Below, piece by piece: positions 12,800 to 25,353 of a stretch of 64,000 nucleotides of DNA. The number at the start of each line of letters is the position of its first letter. Position 1 is the first letter of the stretch. Below the pieces are notes generated by a model, which did no database searches, had not been told where the DNA came from, and was given only the letters and a program-made list of their open reading frames with translations. The position numbers and the translations under genes are program-made. This stretch comes from Scenedesmus sp. PABB004 (taxonomy: Eukaryota): positions 186,001 through 250,000 of the forward strand of contig JABVCE010000008.1 of NCBI GenBank assembly GCA_014905635.1, read 5' to 3'.

Positions 12800-13814
12800 G
12801 AGACGAGGAGCGGCGAGGAGGGCGGGCGCGCGCGCTCACGATGGACCGGTGCAACGCTCGCGATCGGCGCTCGGGCGCGCTCCGCCGTGCGTGGGGCGCT
12901 GCTCTCTGTCGTGTCCGCGAGGGAGCGGGCCGGGGAGCGCAGGACGCGAGCCGCTGGCCGCAGGGCGCAGCGCGCCGGAGCCCTCGCACGCCGCCGCGCG
13001 CGCCCTCGCACGCGCCGCCGCGGGGTGCGCGCGCGCGGCGGCGGACGGCGCGCGCGCGTTCGACGAGAGCGGCGCGAAGGAGACAGCGGCTGCCGGCGGC
13101 TTACACGCACCCCGGGCCCGCTCTCAGCGCGGGCGCGCCCGGCTGCACAGCCGCGCGCCCGCAGTGCGGCCCCGCACACGGCCAGACCTGGGAACAGTAT
13201 ATGTGAGACAGCAGCAGCAGCACCGACAGGGAGACACCGCGGGGCCCACGCCCGCACGGGCGACGCCGGCACGGGCACGCCCGCGCGGGCGGCGCAGGAA
13301 CCAATGCCGCCGCCCCCTGCACATCGCGTGTGCTGGGCCCCCTTGGCACATGCCGATGCAGCGTTGGTGGCTGAGCAATGCGTCGAATGCCTCCCGTCCC
13401 CCCCAGCCGCGCGTGCTGGGCCCTCGCGCGGCGCGCAGGCGGCGCCGCTGGCGGTGCCGCCGCGGCGCGCACGAGCCCGGCGCCGGCGCCCCAGCAGCTG
13501 GGGGCGCGCGCAGGAGTGCACAGTGCGCCGAGAAGCTGCCGCCCACCCGGCCCCACGCGAGGCTCCAATCGGGGCGCGGCTCCAATCCAATCAGGGGCGC
13601 ATGCCCGCCCGCGCGCCCGGCGCGCGCGCTGCCGTCGCGTCGCGCCCACCGGCTCGCGGCCGCGCGCGGCGCGCCAGCGGGGCGCGCGCCCCGGGACGGG
13701 GCCGCCCCAAGCCGCCACAGCCCAGCCTCCGCAGCCCCGCCTCGCTGCAGCCCCGCCGCCGCCCGCCGCGCCGCGCGCGCGCCGGCGCGCAGCGCGCGCG
13801 GCGCGCGCGCGCGC

Positions 13815-16580
13815 TCACTGCTGCAGCTGCCCCGCGAGCAAGCTGTCGACCGCGGCGGCGGCCATGTTTGGCGCGGCGGCGACGCCGTGCAGCGTCTGCA
13901 GCAGCGGCAGCGTCTGGTTCTGCCCCACCGTGCCCAGGCCGATGAGCGCGCCCTGCTGCACGCCCGCGGCCGCGGCCGCCGCGGCCGCCGCGGCGGCGGT
14001 CGACGGCGCGTTGGGGTTGTGGTCGCTCGCGGGGCAGAGCAGCGGCGCGGCCATGGAGAGCCCGGGCAGGCCCTGGTTGCTCTGCATGTCGGCCAGCGCG
14101 CTGGGCAGGGCCTGGCCCTTGTCGTTCATGTCGGCGATGACAGCGCTCGCCACCGCGAGCGCGTCGGGCACCGCCGGGTAGGCCTGCACCAGCAGGCTGG
14201 CCATCTGGAACGAGTTGAGCACCTGCGCCGGGCGCGGGGCGCGCGGGGTCGGCGGCGGGGCGCGGGGCCGGCGGCGGGGCGTGCGGGCGCGGGCCGGCGG
14301 CGGGGGGGGGCGCGCGCGCGGGCGCGCGGGCGCGCGGCGCGCGCACCCCCTTGAACACGGCGGCGCAGAACTCGATCGTCACGTTGTGCTCGGCGCGCAG
14401 GTTCTCGCGCAGCTTCGCGACCGCCTCGTGCGTCTTGATGTAGGTGATGGCGTTGCGCGTGTGGAACGACTCCTGCGGCGCGACACGACGCGGCGCGGCG
14501 CGCAAGGTCAGGGCGGCGCGCGCGCGGCGCGGCGCGGCGGCGCCCAAGGGTCACTGCTGCGCGCGCGGCGGCCGCCGCCGCCGCCGCCGCCCGCAGCGCC
14601 CGCGGCCCCGCCGCCGCCACCCCGCGGGCGCGTGCGCGCCCGCCGCCGCGCGCGCGCGCCTGCGGGAGGTGCGCCTGGATCTGGACGTTGAGCTTCTTGC
14701 GCTCGTCGACGATCGGCTCGACCTTTTGCATGAAGAGCTGCTTCCAGCGCACGATGTCGAGCTTCTGCTTGTCGTTGAGGTTGATGCTGTTGACCACGCT
14801 CTTCCACATGTCGATCGCCTCCTCCTCGTTGTGCAGGTACTGCCGCGACACGGCGATGAACTTGCGCGTCTCGATCGGCCGCACCACGCTCAGCCGCATC
14901 AGCAGGAACGACTGCGCGGGGCGTGTGAGGGCGTGCGGTGTGTGTGTGTGGGTGTGTTGTGTGCGTGTGGCGGGGCCGGGGGGCGTGTGCGCGGCCGCGA
15001 GCCGCGCAGGCGGCGCCGCGCGGGCGGCGGCAGCGGCGCGCGCGCGGCCGCCCGTCGTCGCCGCGGCGCCCGTCGCCGCCGCGGCGCCCCCGCGCGGCCG
15101 GCCGGCGCTGCCACGCACCACCTCCTTGGTCAGCTTCTCGACCTGCGCCGTGATGTCGTCGCTCGCGCAGCCCTCCTGGTTGAGCTCCACGAGGCGGCTG
15201 GAGAGCTCCTTGATGTAGGTCTGGTAGATCTTGTAGATCTGCTCCGGGGACAGCGCCTGCGGGTACGAGTGCGCGTGCGTGTGCAGCGCGGCGCGGCGCG
15301 GCGGCGGGCGGCGGCGGTGGGCGGCGGTGGGCGGCGGCGGGCGGCGGGCGGCGGCGCGGCGGCGTGCGCCGGGGGCGCGGCGCGGGGGCCGCGACGGAGA
15401 GACAGAAAAGGTGGCAGCGCGCGGCGCGGCCGGGGGCGGGGGGCAGCGGCGCGGGCACCTTGAGCATGTCGGTGGTGAGGCTGATGGACTGCCCGCTCAC
15501 AGCGGTCAGCGTGAGCGGCGGGCCCTCCGTCTGCTCGTCCACCTGCTGCGTGATCTGCGACCGCGCGGGGCGCGCGCGCACGCCGCGCACGCGCCGCTCA
15601 GCGCTGCCGCCTGCACTCGCGTCGCGCCGCGCGCCACCGCGCGCCGCGCCGCGCCGCCGCGCGGCGCCGTGCCGCGGCCGCGCGCCGTGCCGCCGTGCCG
15701 CCGCACCTCCTTGCTCTCCTGCATGACCTGGATCTGCTCGTTGCGCATGTCGAGCACCTTTTCGAGGATGGACGTGCGGCTGTGCAGCGCCGCGTTCTCG
15801 GTCTGCAGCGAGCCGACCTTGTGCGTGAGCTCCTCAATCTGCTGGTGCAGGTCCTGGATCTTGGCCTGCGGCGGTGCAGGGGCGGGCGGGCGCGGCGCCG
15901 CGGGGCGCGGGGTGGGTGACGAGCGGGCGGCGGCTGCGGCGGCGGCCGCGCAGGCGGGCGGGCGCGCGCGACGCGCGCCGCGCGCGGCGCGCGACGCGCG
16001 CCGCGCGCCTTCTGGCGCTCGCGGAAGCGGCGCTGCGCGCGGCGGTTCTTCTCCTGCAGCGCGAGGTGGCGCTTCTCCGCGGCGGTGAGGTCGTCGTCGT
16101 TGCCGCCGATCTCGCGCTTCTTGCGGCTCTTCTGCTCGCCGCTGCTCGCGCTGCCGTCGCTCGACTGCGGGTCCGAGTCGTCGTCGCCGCCGCCGCCCTG
16201 CTTCGACGCCGCCGCCTTCTCGCTCGCGCGCCGCCCGCGCGCGCCGCCCGCCTTGGCCTTGCCGCCCGTGGCGCGGCCGGCCGTCGGCGCGGGCGCCACG
16301 GGGCGGCCTGCATCGGCGGCATCGCCATCTGCAGCCCCGCCATGCCCGGCGCCATGCCCGGCGCGAGCCCCGCGTACATGCCGGCGCCGCCGAGGCCGGC
16401 CTGCATGCCCAGCAGGCCCGCCATGCCGCCCAGGCCGTCGGGCATCATGGGCAGCGCGCCCCCCGGCGCCACCATGCCGCCCGACGCAGGCGCGCTCGGG
16501 TCGCCGTGCAGCTGGGTGAGATAGTTGTCCAGGACATTGTCCAGATCAAGGTCCTCCGGGACGCCCGTGCCGTAGTTCAT
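13815..16580 (-). CDS. bZIP transcription factor (green-algal type with conserved C-terminal helical domain)
   Basis: MNYGTGVPEDLDLDNVLDNYL start, basic region LQEKNRRAQRRFRERQK, zipper AKIQDLHQQIEELTHKVGSLQTENAALHSRTSILEKVL, C-terminal LNSFQMASLLVQAYPAVPDALAV. About six introns. Apparent 1-nt frameshift near 16300. Confidence 0.88.
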
Positions 16581-17165
16581 GGCGGTCCCCGTCCGGCGCG
16601 GCGCCGGGGCCTGCGGGCGGCGCGCGCGCGGGGGCGCGGGGGACTCGGATGATGGGCGATGGCCATGCAGCACGCCCTCGCCCCGACGCCCCTCCGCGCG
16701 CCGCTCCGGCGCCGCCTGCCGATGCCGGCACCCCGCCCCGCATCGTGTGGCCCCGCGCCACACCGCCGCGGCGCCCGTGCGCGCGGGGGCGGGTGGCCGC
16801 GCTGGCCGCTGCTGCCGCTGCTGCCGCGCCGGCCCGGGCGCGCCCGAGCCGCACCGCGCGCTGTCAGGACCCGCGCCCGACGATCAGGCGCGTGTGGCGG
16901 CCGCGGCGATGGCGCGGCGCGCGCCGGCAGCAGCAGCGGTGGCCGGGGAGCGCGGAGGCGCCAGGAGTGGCGCGCGGGCTGCGTGGGCGCGCTGGCGGCG
17001 CCTTGGTGCTGTGACGGGAGAGTGCGCGAGCCTCCAAAAGCTGGACCCAGGGCCCCGGCCCGAGGCTTCGAAGGCGCCGGGCCCTGGAAGAAGTTCTCAG
17101 CGAGAGCTCCCTGGCCCGCTCCACACTCTCCCGCCATCGCCCGCCCACCAGCATCCGATCGCACG

Positions 17166-20100
17166 ATGCCGGCGCCGCCCGGCGGCCCCGCGCCGCTGCC
17201 GCGCGCCGCGCTGCTTTTGGACGCCGACGCCGCCAGGCCGTGGTGGGCTGCGGCCGCCGCCGGCGCCGGCGACGACGGCACGGAAGACGAGCCCGACGCG
17301 GGCGCCGGCCTGGCGGCGCTGCGCGCCTGGGCCGACGGCGGCGCGGCCCCGCCGCAGCGCGCGCTGCAATCGCTCGTGCGCGCGCTGCACGGCGCGGCCG
17401 ACGGCGGCGGCGGCCCGCCCGGCGGCCTGCTGGCGCCGCTGGAGGCGCTGGCGGCCGCGTGCGCGCGCGCCTGGGCCGCCGCCGCCTCGCCGTCGGCGGG
17501 CGCGCTCGGCACGGCGGGCGCCTCTGCGGCGCCGCCTGCGCCGCGAGACGGCGCGGAGCCGCTGAAGCAGCTCGTTTTCTGGACCTGCCACCTCACCATG
17601 GCCGCGCACGCGGTGGGCGCTGCTGGGCGGCACGGCGGCGCGCGCTGCCGCCGCGCGCCGCCGCGCGGCCGCCTCACCACCGCCCGCCGCCGCCGCCGCC
17701 GCGGCGCGCAGTGCTACGGCGCCCAGGCCCTCGCCGCCGCCCCGGCCAGCCCCAGCGCCGGCGGCGGGCGGGGCAAGAGGGCGGCGCCGCCGGCGGCGCC
17801 GCGCGAGCCGCAGGCGTGGCTGCAGCACACGCTGCCGGCGCTGCTCGAGCGCCTGCTGGTCTGCCACCGCCTGCTCCCGACGCAGCAGCCGGGCGTGCTG
17901 TCGGTCAAAGACCAGGTGGCCGCAGACAAGGTGCGGAGCGGAGTGTGTGTGTGTGTGTGGTGGGGGACAGGGGGGGGGGGCAAGCTGCCGGGGCCGGGTC
18001 GGTTTGCTTGCGCGGCGCAGGCGCTGCCGGGCCGCGGCGTGCGCCGCAGCCCCACATGTGCTGCCGGCCTCGAGGTTGCCCCATCCTCACGCGCCGCCCT
18101 TCCGTGCCGCCCCGCGCCGCGCAGCTGCTGCTGACGACCTGCCTGTCGCTGCTCGGGTCGGGAGGCGGCGCCGCGCCCCGTGCCGCCAAGCACCGCCCGG
18201 GCGGCGGGGACGGCCTGCCGGCGCGCGCCGCGCGCCTGTGCGGCTCGCTGCTGTGCTGCCACCTGCTGGGGCGGCACGCGGCGCTGTCGCGGCGCCAGGG
18301 CAGCGGCGAGCAGCTGGCGCACGCGCTGGCCGGCCTGGCGGCGCACGTGGCCACGAAGGACGCGCTCGTGCACGCGCTCGGCGGCCTGCTGCACGGCGCC
18401 GACACCGCGCAGCGCGGCGGCCAGCTGCTGTGCGTGCTAGCGGACGCGGCGTGCCCGCCGCCTGCGAGCGCGGGGGCGGCGGGCAGCGCCGGGCGTGCGG
18501 CGGCGCCGCGCCGCTCAGCGACCCCCGGGGCCTGCTGCTGCTGGAGCTGCTGGCGGGTGTGCTGCAGCTGGATGCGGGCGGTGCAAGCACCGACGGCCAG
18601 GCGCGCCACCTGCTCGCAGCAGCGATTCTGCCCCGGCTGGCGCCGGCGGCCGCCGCGTCGCCGAGCGCGGCCACGCGCAAGCTGTGGCTGTCCCTGGCGG
18701 GCTCGGCGGCGCAGGCCGGGGCGGCGGGGCCGCCCGCGCTCGACGCGCACGCGGCCGGCGCCGCGGCGCTGGCCGCGGCCGCGGCGGGCGACAGGGACGC
18801 CAACGTGCGCAGCAAGGCGCTGGCCCTGCTGGAGGAGGCGGCGCCGCGCCTGTGGCAGCACCTGGCCGCCGCGGAGCAGCACCCGTGCGGCGGGGGCGGC
18901 AGCGCCAGGCTGCGCGCCTGCCTCGCCAGCATCACCGGCGCACTGCTCGGCCAGCTGCGCGGCGGCGGCAAGCTCTGCCGTGTCAAGGCGCTCGCGCTGC
19001 TGCACGCCCTGCTCGAGCCACCGGCCGGCCGCGCGGCGGCCGCCAGCGCGCGCGCGCCGCAGCAGGAGCTCGCGGCCGCGGCGTTCCCGCCCCTCGTCGC
19101 GCTGCTGGCGGCGGCGCCCGACAGCGCGCAGCACTGCGCCGCGAGCCAGGCGGCGGCGCGGGCGGCGCTGCCGCGCATCGCGGCGGCGCTCGAGCCTCGC
19201 CAAGCGCTGCAGCTCGCGCTGGCCTGCAGCGACGACTCCGGCGCCGGCGCGGCGGGGGACCTGCTGGCGAGTCTGTCGCAGTGCAGCGAGGCCGGCCTGC
19301 TGGCTGTGCTGGCGCAGCTGCTGCAGGACTCCTTTGACGCGCCGGCGGCGCCGCCCGACCGCGAGGCCCTGCGCCAGCGCCGCCGCCTGCTGCAGCGCCT
19401 CGCGCGGCTGCTGGGCGGGCGCGTGTGCGGCGAGGCGCTGCGGCGGCAGGCATTCGCCGAGGCGTGCCGCTGCCTGACCGAGGCGGTGACCGCCACGCCC
19501 GTGGCCGGCGAGCCGCCATGCGAGCCGGCGGCGGGCGCCCCCGCAGGTGGGCCCGCGTCGCTGGGCGAGTGCCAGCGCTTGCTGCTGCTCGCGCTGCAGC
19601 TGCTGGAGCTGGCCGGCGGCTGCGGCGCGGGGGGCGCAGGCGCGGCGGCGCAGGCCGACCTGGCGGCTGAGCTGACCATACTCGCGGACGCCCTGGACCT
19701 GGTTTGCACCTGGCTGCAGCGCACCGCGCCCGCGGCGGATGCACCCGCGGCGGGCGCGGGCGCCGAGGAGGCCGAGGCTGTTGTGTGCCACGAGGCACTG
19801 GCCAGCCTGGTGAGCATCCTGGCGGCGGCGGCAGCGGCGGCGGCGGCGGCGGCGGCAGACCAGGACGACGGGGGGAGCAACGACGACGAAGCCCCGGAGG
19901 GCGGCGGCGGCAGCGCTGCGCTGCCGCGCGCGTGGCTGGGCGTCAGCTCGACGCTGCTCCGCCACGTGGAGCTGGTGGTGGCCTGCGCGGCGCCGGCCGC
20001 GCGGCCGCCGCTGCCAGCGGCGGCGCTGAGTGCATACCTCGGCGCACTGTGCGCGTCGGCGCAGACCCGGCCGCTGGTGCTGCACGAGCTGCTGCTGGCG

Positions 20101-21872
20101 TGGTACAGGCAGCTGGGGGGCCCCCACGCGTCGGCGGGGCTGGAGCTCGGCGGCGCCCACACACCCGCCTTCCTGCTGCTGCTGCAGCACCTCGGCGCCC
20201 GCTGCGCCGCGGCGCAGCGCCGCTTCGAGCAGCGCCTGCTGGCCTCCCTGCGCGCCGCGGCGCCGCCCGGCGGCGACGACGCGGGCGGCGCGCCGACCCG
20301 CGTGCGGCCGGGCGAGCGCCCCGCGCCCGGCGCGCCGCCGGGCGCACAGCAGCGCGGTGGCGGCGTGGGGCCGGCGGCGGACTACATGACCGGAGAGGCG
20401 CGGCGCGACGCGGTCGCGGCCGCGAGCCGGCGCTTCACTGCGACGCTGCTGGCCGAGACCGCGCCGGGCTGCTTCGCGCCGGCGCTGGCGCGGCTGCTGC
20501 AGGCCCGAGGCGCGCCGCCCGCGCTGCGCGTGCTGGCGCTGCAGGCGCTGCAGCCGCTGCTGCTGTGCTCGCCCGAGCTCGCGGACGCGCACGCCCCGCT
20601 GCTGGCGGGACTGCTCGCGGACGGCGGCGCGCCGCCAGCGCTTGCGCAGCAGGCGGTGGCCACGGCTGGCGGCCTCATCGACGCGCGCCCCGCGCAGAGC
20701 CAGGGGCTCGTGTCGAGCCTGGAGGCGCTGCTGCTGCGAGGCCTGGCGCCGGGCGCCGGCGCCGGGCCGACACCCGCGGCGCGGCCCCAGGCGGGGGCCG
20801 CTGTGCACGTGCTCGCCTCGGCGGGTAGCGTGTACGGGGGTCTGCTGCTGCGTGAGCGCCTGCTGCTGGCGGCCGCGAGCTGGGCCGTGCTGGGGGCGGG
20901 GCTGCTCGCGCCGCCGGGCCTCGAGGTGCGGCGGCTGCAGCCAGCTGGCGCAGGCGCGCCGCCCGCCGCGGCACCGGCGCCCGCTCACCCCTCGCCGCCC
21001 GCGCCGGCATGCGCACGGTGTGCAATGCTGCAGGCGGTGGCGGCTGTCATGAGGCGCCTGCTGGCCGCGCTCCTGGCGCAGCACCGCACGACGCGCGTGC
21101 GCGCCGCGCTGGGGCTGCTGACGCACCTGCCGCGCGAGCACGGCGGCGGTGGCGACGGTGGCGCGCTGCGCCTGGTGCGCGAGGACCTTCTGCCGCTGCT
21201 GGCGCCGGGGGACCTGGGGTCAGAGGAGCTCATGCTGCCCCTGCTGCAGGCCCTGGCCCAGGAGGCGGGCGGCGGCTGGGGCGCGCGCGTGGAGCCGCCC
21301 GCGGCGCTGCTGGCGGCCTGCCGCCCCACGGCGCGCTGCCTCGACGCCCTGCTGGCCACGCTGCAGGTGCGGCGCGGCGCTGCGGGCCGGCAGCGACTGC
21401 AGGCGCGGCCGCGCCCGCCGCCCCCGGGGCCGCGGGCCCGCGCTCGGCCGAGCGCCGCCGCCGGCCGCAGGCCAACGTGCACGGCATCGCGCTGGCCCCC
21501 AGCCCGCGCGTGCTGGCAGACCTGGCGACCTTCTCGGCCGGCTACCGAGCCAGGGCCGCCGACGCCGGGGCGGGCGAGGGCTCGCCCGAGGCCGGCGGCA
21601 AGGCCGGCCGGCGCAGGGCGGCGCCGCGCGCGAGCTCCGCCGCGCCCGGCACCGCCGCTGCAGGCGTGCAGGCGCGCGTGGCGGAACTGCTGGCCGCCGC
21701 GGCGGCAGCGGCCTGCGGCGGCGCGCAGGCCGGCGGCAGCAAGCGCCGCGGCGGCGCGGGCGCGCAGCCTGGCGCGGACGGCAACGGCGATGCGGCGGCG
21801 CTGGAGCTGCTCGCGGCGCAGCGGCGGCGCCAGATCGCGCGGTTCAGGAGCGCCACGCGCGGCGGCGCGTGA
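17166..21872 (+). CDS. HEAT/ARM-repeat protein with Cnd1-like (condensin non-SMC subunit) C-terminal region
   Basis: Leu/Ala-rich helical repeats (DRDANVRSKALALL, RVKALALLHAL). LRVLALQALQPLLLCSPELADAHAPLLAGLL..AVATAGGLI resembles the Cnd1 domain. GT-AG introns near 17613, 17931, 20926 and 21367. Apparent frameshift near 18505. Confidence 0.55.
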
Positions 21873-22401
21873 GATTAGGCGTGAGGTTACCCACGTGAGA
21901 TAGGCGTGAGATTACTCTGTCCGAGCTTCGCGCGCCAGCCAGCCAGCGCTGGGCCCGCGCGGCCGCCAGCAGCAGCGGTGCGGGGCGCAGCGCTCGCTCA
22001 TGTGCACGGTCATGCGGGGTGGTGTGAGCAGGCGTGCGTGCAATGGACCCGAGTGCCCAGGCGGGTGTCCGCGCCCGCCGCTGCGCGGCGCGGGCCCCAT
22101 CCATCCTCCCCCCACCTGCCGTCGCCGGCAGCAACGCAGCCCCGTACGGAGCCAATGTGCGCGTCGCTGTTGAGGTTTGATCAAACCAGGAGCCAGGCAG
22201 CGCCGCGCCGACGCGGGGCGCGCCACGGGTCGGTCGGCGGCCGCCGCGCAGCCCCCGCTCGGCAGCGCAGGGCACACATCATACACATACACGCGGCGCC
22301 CGCGCCGAGGTGGTGTACAGCAGCGCCGAGGGCGCCGCCGCCGGTGCGCGCCGGGCGCGCGGGGCGGGGGGCGTCTCGTCGGGACGCGCGGGTCTGGGGC
22401 C

Positions 22402-24438
22402 TCAGATCTTGACGTGGCCGGGCTTGTTGAGCCCGTGGTCGTAGTTGTACGCCGAGCCGCCGTGCTTGGAGACGTCGAGCCCGGCCTGCTCCTCCTCGGG
22501 GCTGATGCGCAGCCGCTTGAGCAGGCGCAGCACGAAGAAGAGCGCGCCGGTGAGCACGCACACCCAGCCGGTGATCGCGAGGATGCCGACGACCTGGCAC
22601 GCGAGCAGGTGGCCGCCGCCGCCCATGAAGGCGCCAAACTTGCCGTTGAGGTAGGCCTGGCCGACGTACTTCTCGGTCGCAAAGAAACCGGCAAAGAGCA
22701 CGCCCCACATGCCGCAGATGCCGTGCATGGGGCTGGCCGAGAGCGGGTCGTCGATGCGGAGGCGCAGCCAGAGCCAGCAGGTCGCGTCAAAGATCAGCGA
22801 GCCGATGCAGCCCGCGATGAGCGCAGCCCACGGCTCGACGACGGCGCAGGAGCCGGTGATGGAGACGAACCCGACGAGCGCGCCGTTGCAGACGGAGATG
22901 AGGTCCCACGCCTTGTGGCGCACAAAGGTGGTGATGAGCGCGGTGATGACGCCCGCGCCGCCGGAGAGCGTCGTTGTCACGGCCGCGCGGCCGCTCGTCT
23001 CGTACAGCCACGAGCTGTTCTTGCCCGCGAGGTTGACGATGTTGAGCGTCGACCCGGGGTTGAAGCCATACCAGCCAAACCAGAGCAGCGTGGTCCCGAG
23101 CACGACGAGCGTGGCCGAGTGGCCGGGCATGTCGACGGGCTTGCCGTTGGAGTCAAAGCGCCCGAGGCGGGGGCCGACGAGCACGCAGCCCATGAGGCCG
23201 GCCAGGCCGCCGACCATGTGCACGACGCCGGAGCCGGCAAAGTCGATCATGCCGCTGCCAAAGAGCGGTGCCTCGGTGTTGAACGCGGAGAGCCAGCCCT
23301 TGGGCGACCAGACCCAGTGCACCACGATCGGGTAGACCCAGGCGCTGATGAAGATGGTGTAGCCTGGGGGGGGGGGGGGGGGGGGGGGGGGGGAGGGAGC
23401 AGGGAGGGAGCAGGGAGGGCGCGCAGGGGTGAGCGGCGCGGCGCAGCGGGGGCGCGCGCGGGGCGGGCGCTGGCCCCGCGGCGCGCGGGCCGCTGGCGCG
23501 CGCGGGCCCGAGGGGGTGCGCGCGCGCGGCGCGGCCGCGCGGCGCGCAGCGCCGCGCCGCGCGCCGCGGCGGCAGCGGGCGGGCAGCTGGCGCGCGGGGC
23601 CTGCTCACCGAGGTAGGCGTTGAAGTTGAAGCGCTCCGCGACGGCGCCGGCGGGGATGGTGGTCGCGGTCGCGGCGAAGGCCCACTGGAAGAACCAGTCG
23701 GACCAGCGCCCCACGCCAAAGGAGGGGGTGGTGATGTTGGACCAGTCCTTCATCGCGTAGCCCGCGGGCGTGGACAGGAAGGGGTTGCCCTGGTTGGCGT
23801 CGCCCCAGGCGAGGCCGTAGCTGCGCGCGGCGCGGGCGGGCGGGCGGGCGCGCGTGCGCGCGGGCGGGCGCGCGTGGGCACGGCGCGCGCGGCCGGGGGC
23901 GGCGCGCGCGGCGCGGCGGGCGCGCGAGAGGGGCCGCGCACGGGGCGCGGCGGGCGCGCGAGAGGAGGCGCGGCGCGGGCGCAGCGCGCGCGGTGGCGCT
24001 CACCCGACCAGGTACCAGGCGATCGCCGACACGGCGGCGTCGAGGATGGTCTGCAGCAGGATGTTCATTGTGTTCTTGCTGCGGATCGCGCCCGCGCACA
24101 GCTGCGGCGGGCGGCAGCGCGGCGGGGGTGAGCAGGGGCCGCGGCGCGCGGCGCGGCGGCGCGCGCGCGCCAAGCGCGAAGCGGCGTGCGCGGCGGCGCA
24201 CCATCGCAAAGCCGGCGTGCATGACGAACACCAGGGCGCCCATGATGGTCAGGAAGAAGGTGTTGACGCCCTCCTCGATGCCCGCCATGCGCCCGGCGAT
24301 CGAGTACTCGGGGTCATTGACATTGCTCACCGCCGACAGCTTCTCGCAGAACGCGCTCGCGGCCGTGGCGTTGCCCTTGAACAGGGACTTGAGCGCCGCG
24401 AGCTCCCCGGGGTCGCAGAAGGTGGCGACGTCCGCCAT
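22402..24438 (-). CDS. AMT1: Ammonium transporter, AMT1 family
   Basis: GALVFVMHAGFAM|LCAGAIRSKNTMNIL, FFQWAFAATATTIPAGAVAER, YPIVVHWVWS, IDFAGSGVVH, GPRLGRF, LLWFGWYGFNPGS, DDPLSASPMHG and GLDVSKHGGSAY. Both pore histidines are present. Confidence 0.97.
23366..23393 (-). repeat. G28 homopolymer (C28 on the coding strand) directly upstream of an AMT1 intron acceptor
   Basis: 28 consecutive G on +, abutting the AG acceptor on - at 23364-23365. Confidence 0.85.
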
Positions 24439-25353
24439 CGCGCCGGGAGGAGCCTGCAGCGCGGGCGAAGGGCGGAGCAGGTGAGCCGAACGCCCCTCGC
24501 CGCGCGCCCAGGCGCCAGGGGCGGCACGAACCGCTGCCCGGGCGGCGCGCCGCATCGCCCAGCGCCCCCCGCGCGGCGCAGCTGGGGGCCGCGATGGCTC
24601 GCCGGGGGCCGGCGCCGGCCGGCGGCGCGAGGGCCGCCCTGGCGCACGCGGTGCACGCATGGGCGGCCACTGCACGCGCCGGGACGGCCGCCCGCCCGCC
24701 TGGTGGCCCCTGCAGGCCTCGCCGGCAGCTGCGCTCGGCCGCCCACTCGCGCGCGTCGGGCCCCGCAGCCGCCGGCACGCCCGCTGGGGCGTCTCCCCGC
24801 GCACCTGTAGTGCCGAGACGCGGCAATTGGGGGGGTGAAGCGGCCCGGGGGGCGGCTAGGGCTTGGTGGGGGTGGTGGTGGGCGCGCCGGTCGGGCGACC
24901 GTGCGGCGGGGGGGCGGCGGCTCTGAGCGAGGCTGCCGAGTGCGCGGGCGGCGCGAGGGGATGGGGCGGCGGTGCACGTGGGCGACAGATGGGCGCCGCG
25001 GTTTTGGCCCGAAGCGGCGCCGTGTTGCGGGCGCAATTCCAGGCGCTGCCCTGCCCCGGACGCGCTGCGGCACCGGCGCCATGTTTTGAGCTCCGGCGAC
25101 CGACCGCCCGCGCGCAGCCGAGCAAACCCTAGTGGGCGGCGCGCGCGCGCGGCGCCGCTTGAATCGCAGCCCTGCCCAGCGCGCGTCCGAGCACCTGCGG
25201 CCGCTCCTCGAGCCGCGCGGTCGTCCGCGGCGGCGGCGGGGGCGCTGCGGCACGGGAGCACTGGAAATTGCCGCCAGCGCCACTCGCGCCGCCACCCGAC
25301 CACGCGCGCAGCTTCTCCAGCAGGCCACACCTTGGCTGCGCCGCGCACGCAGC

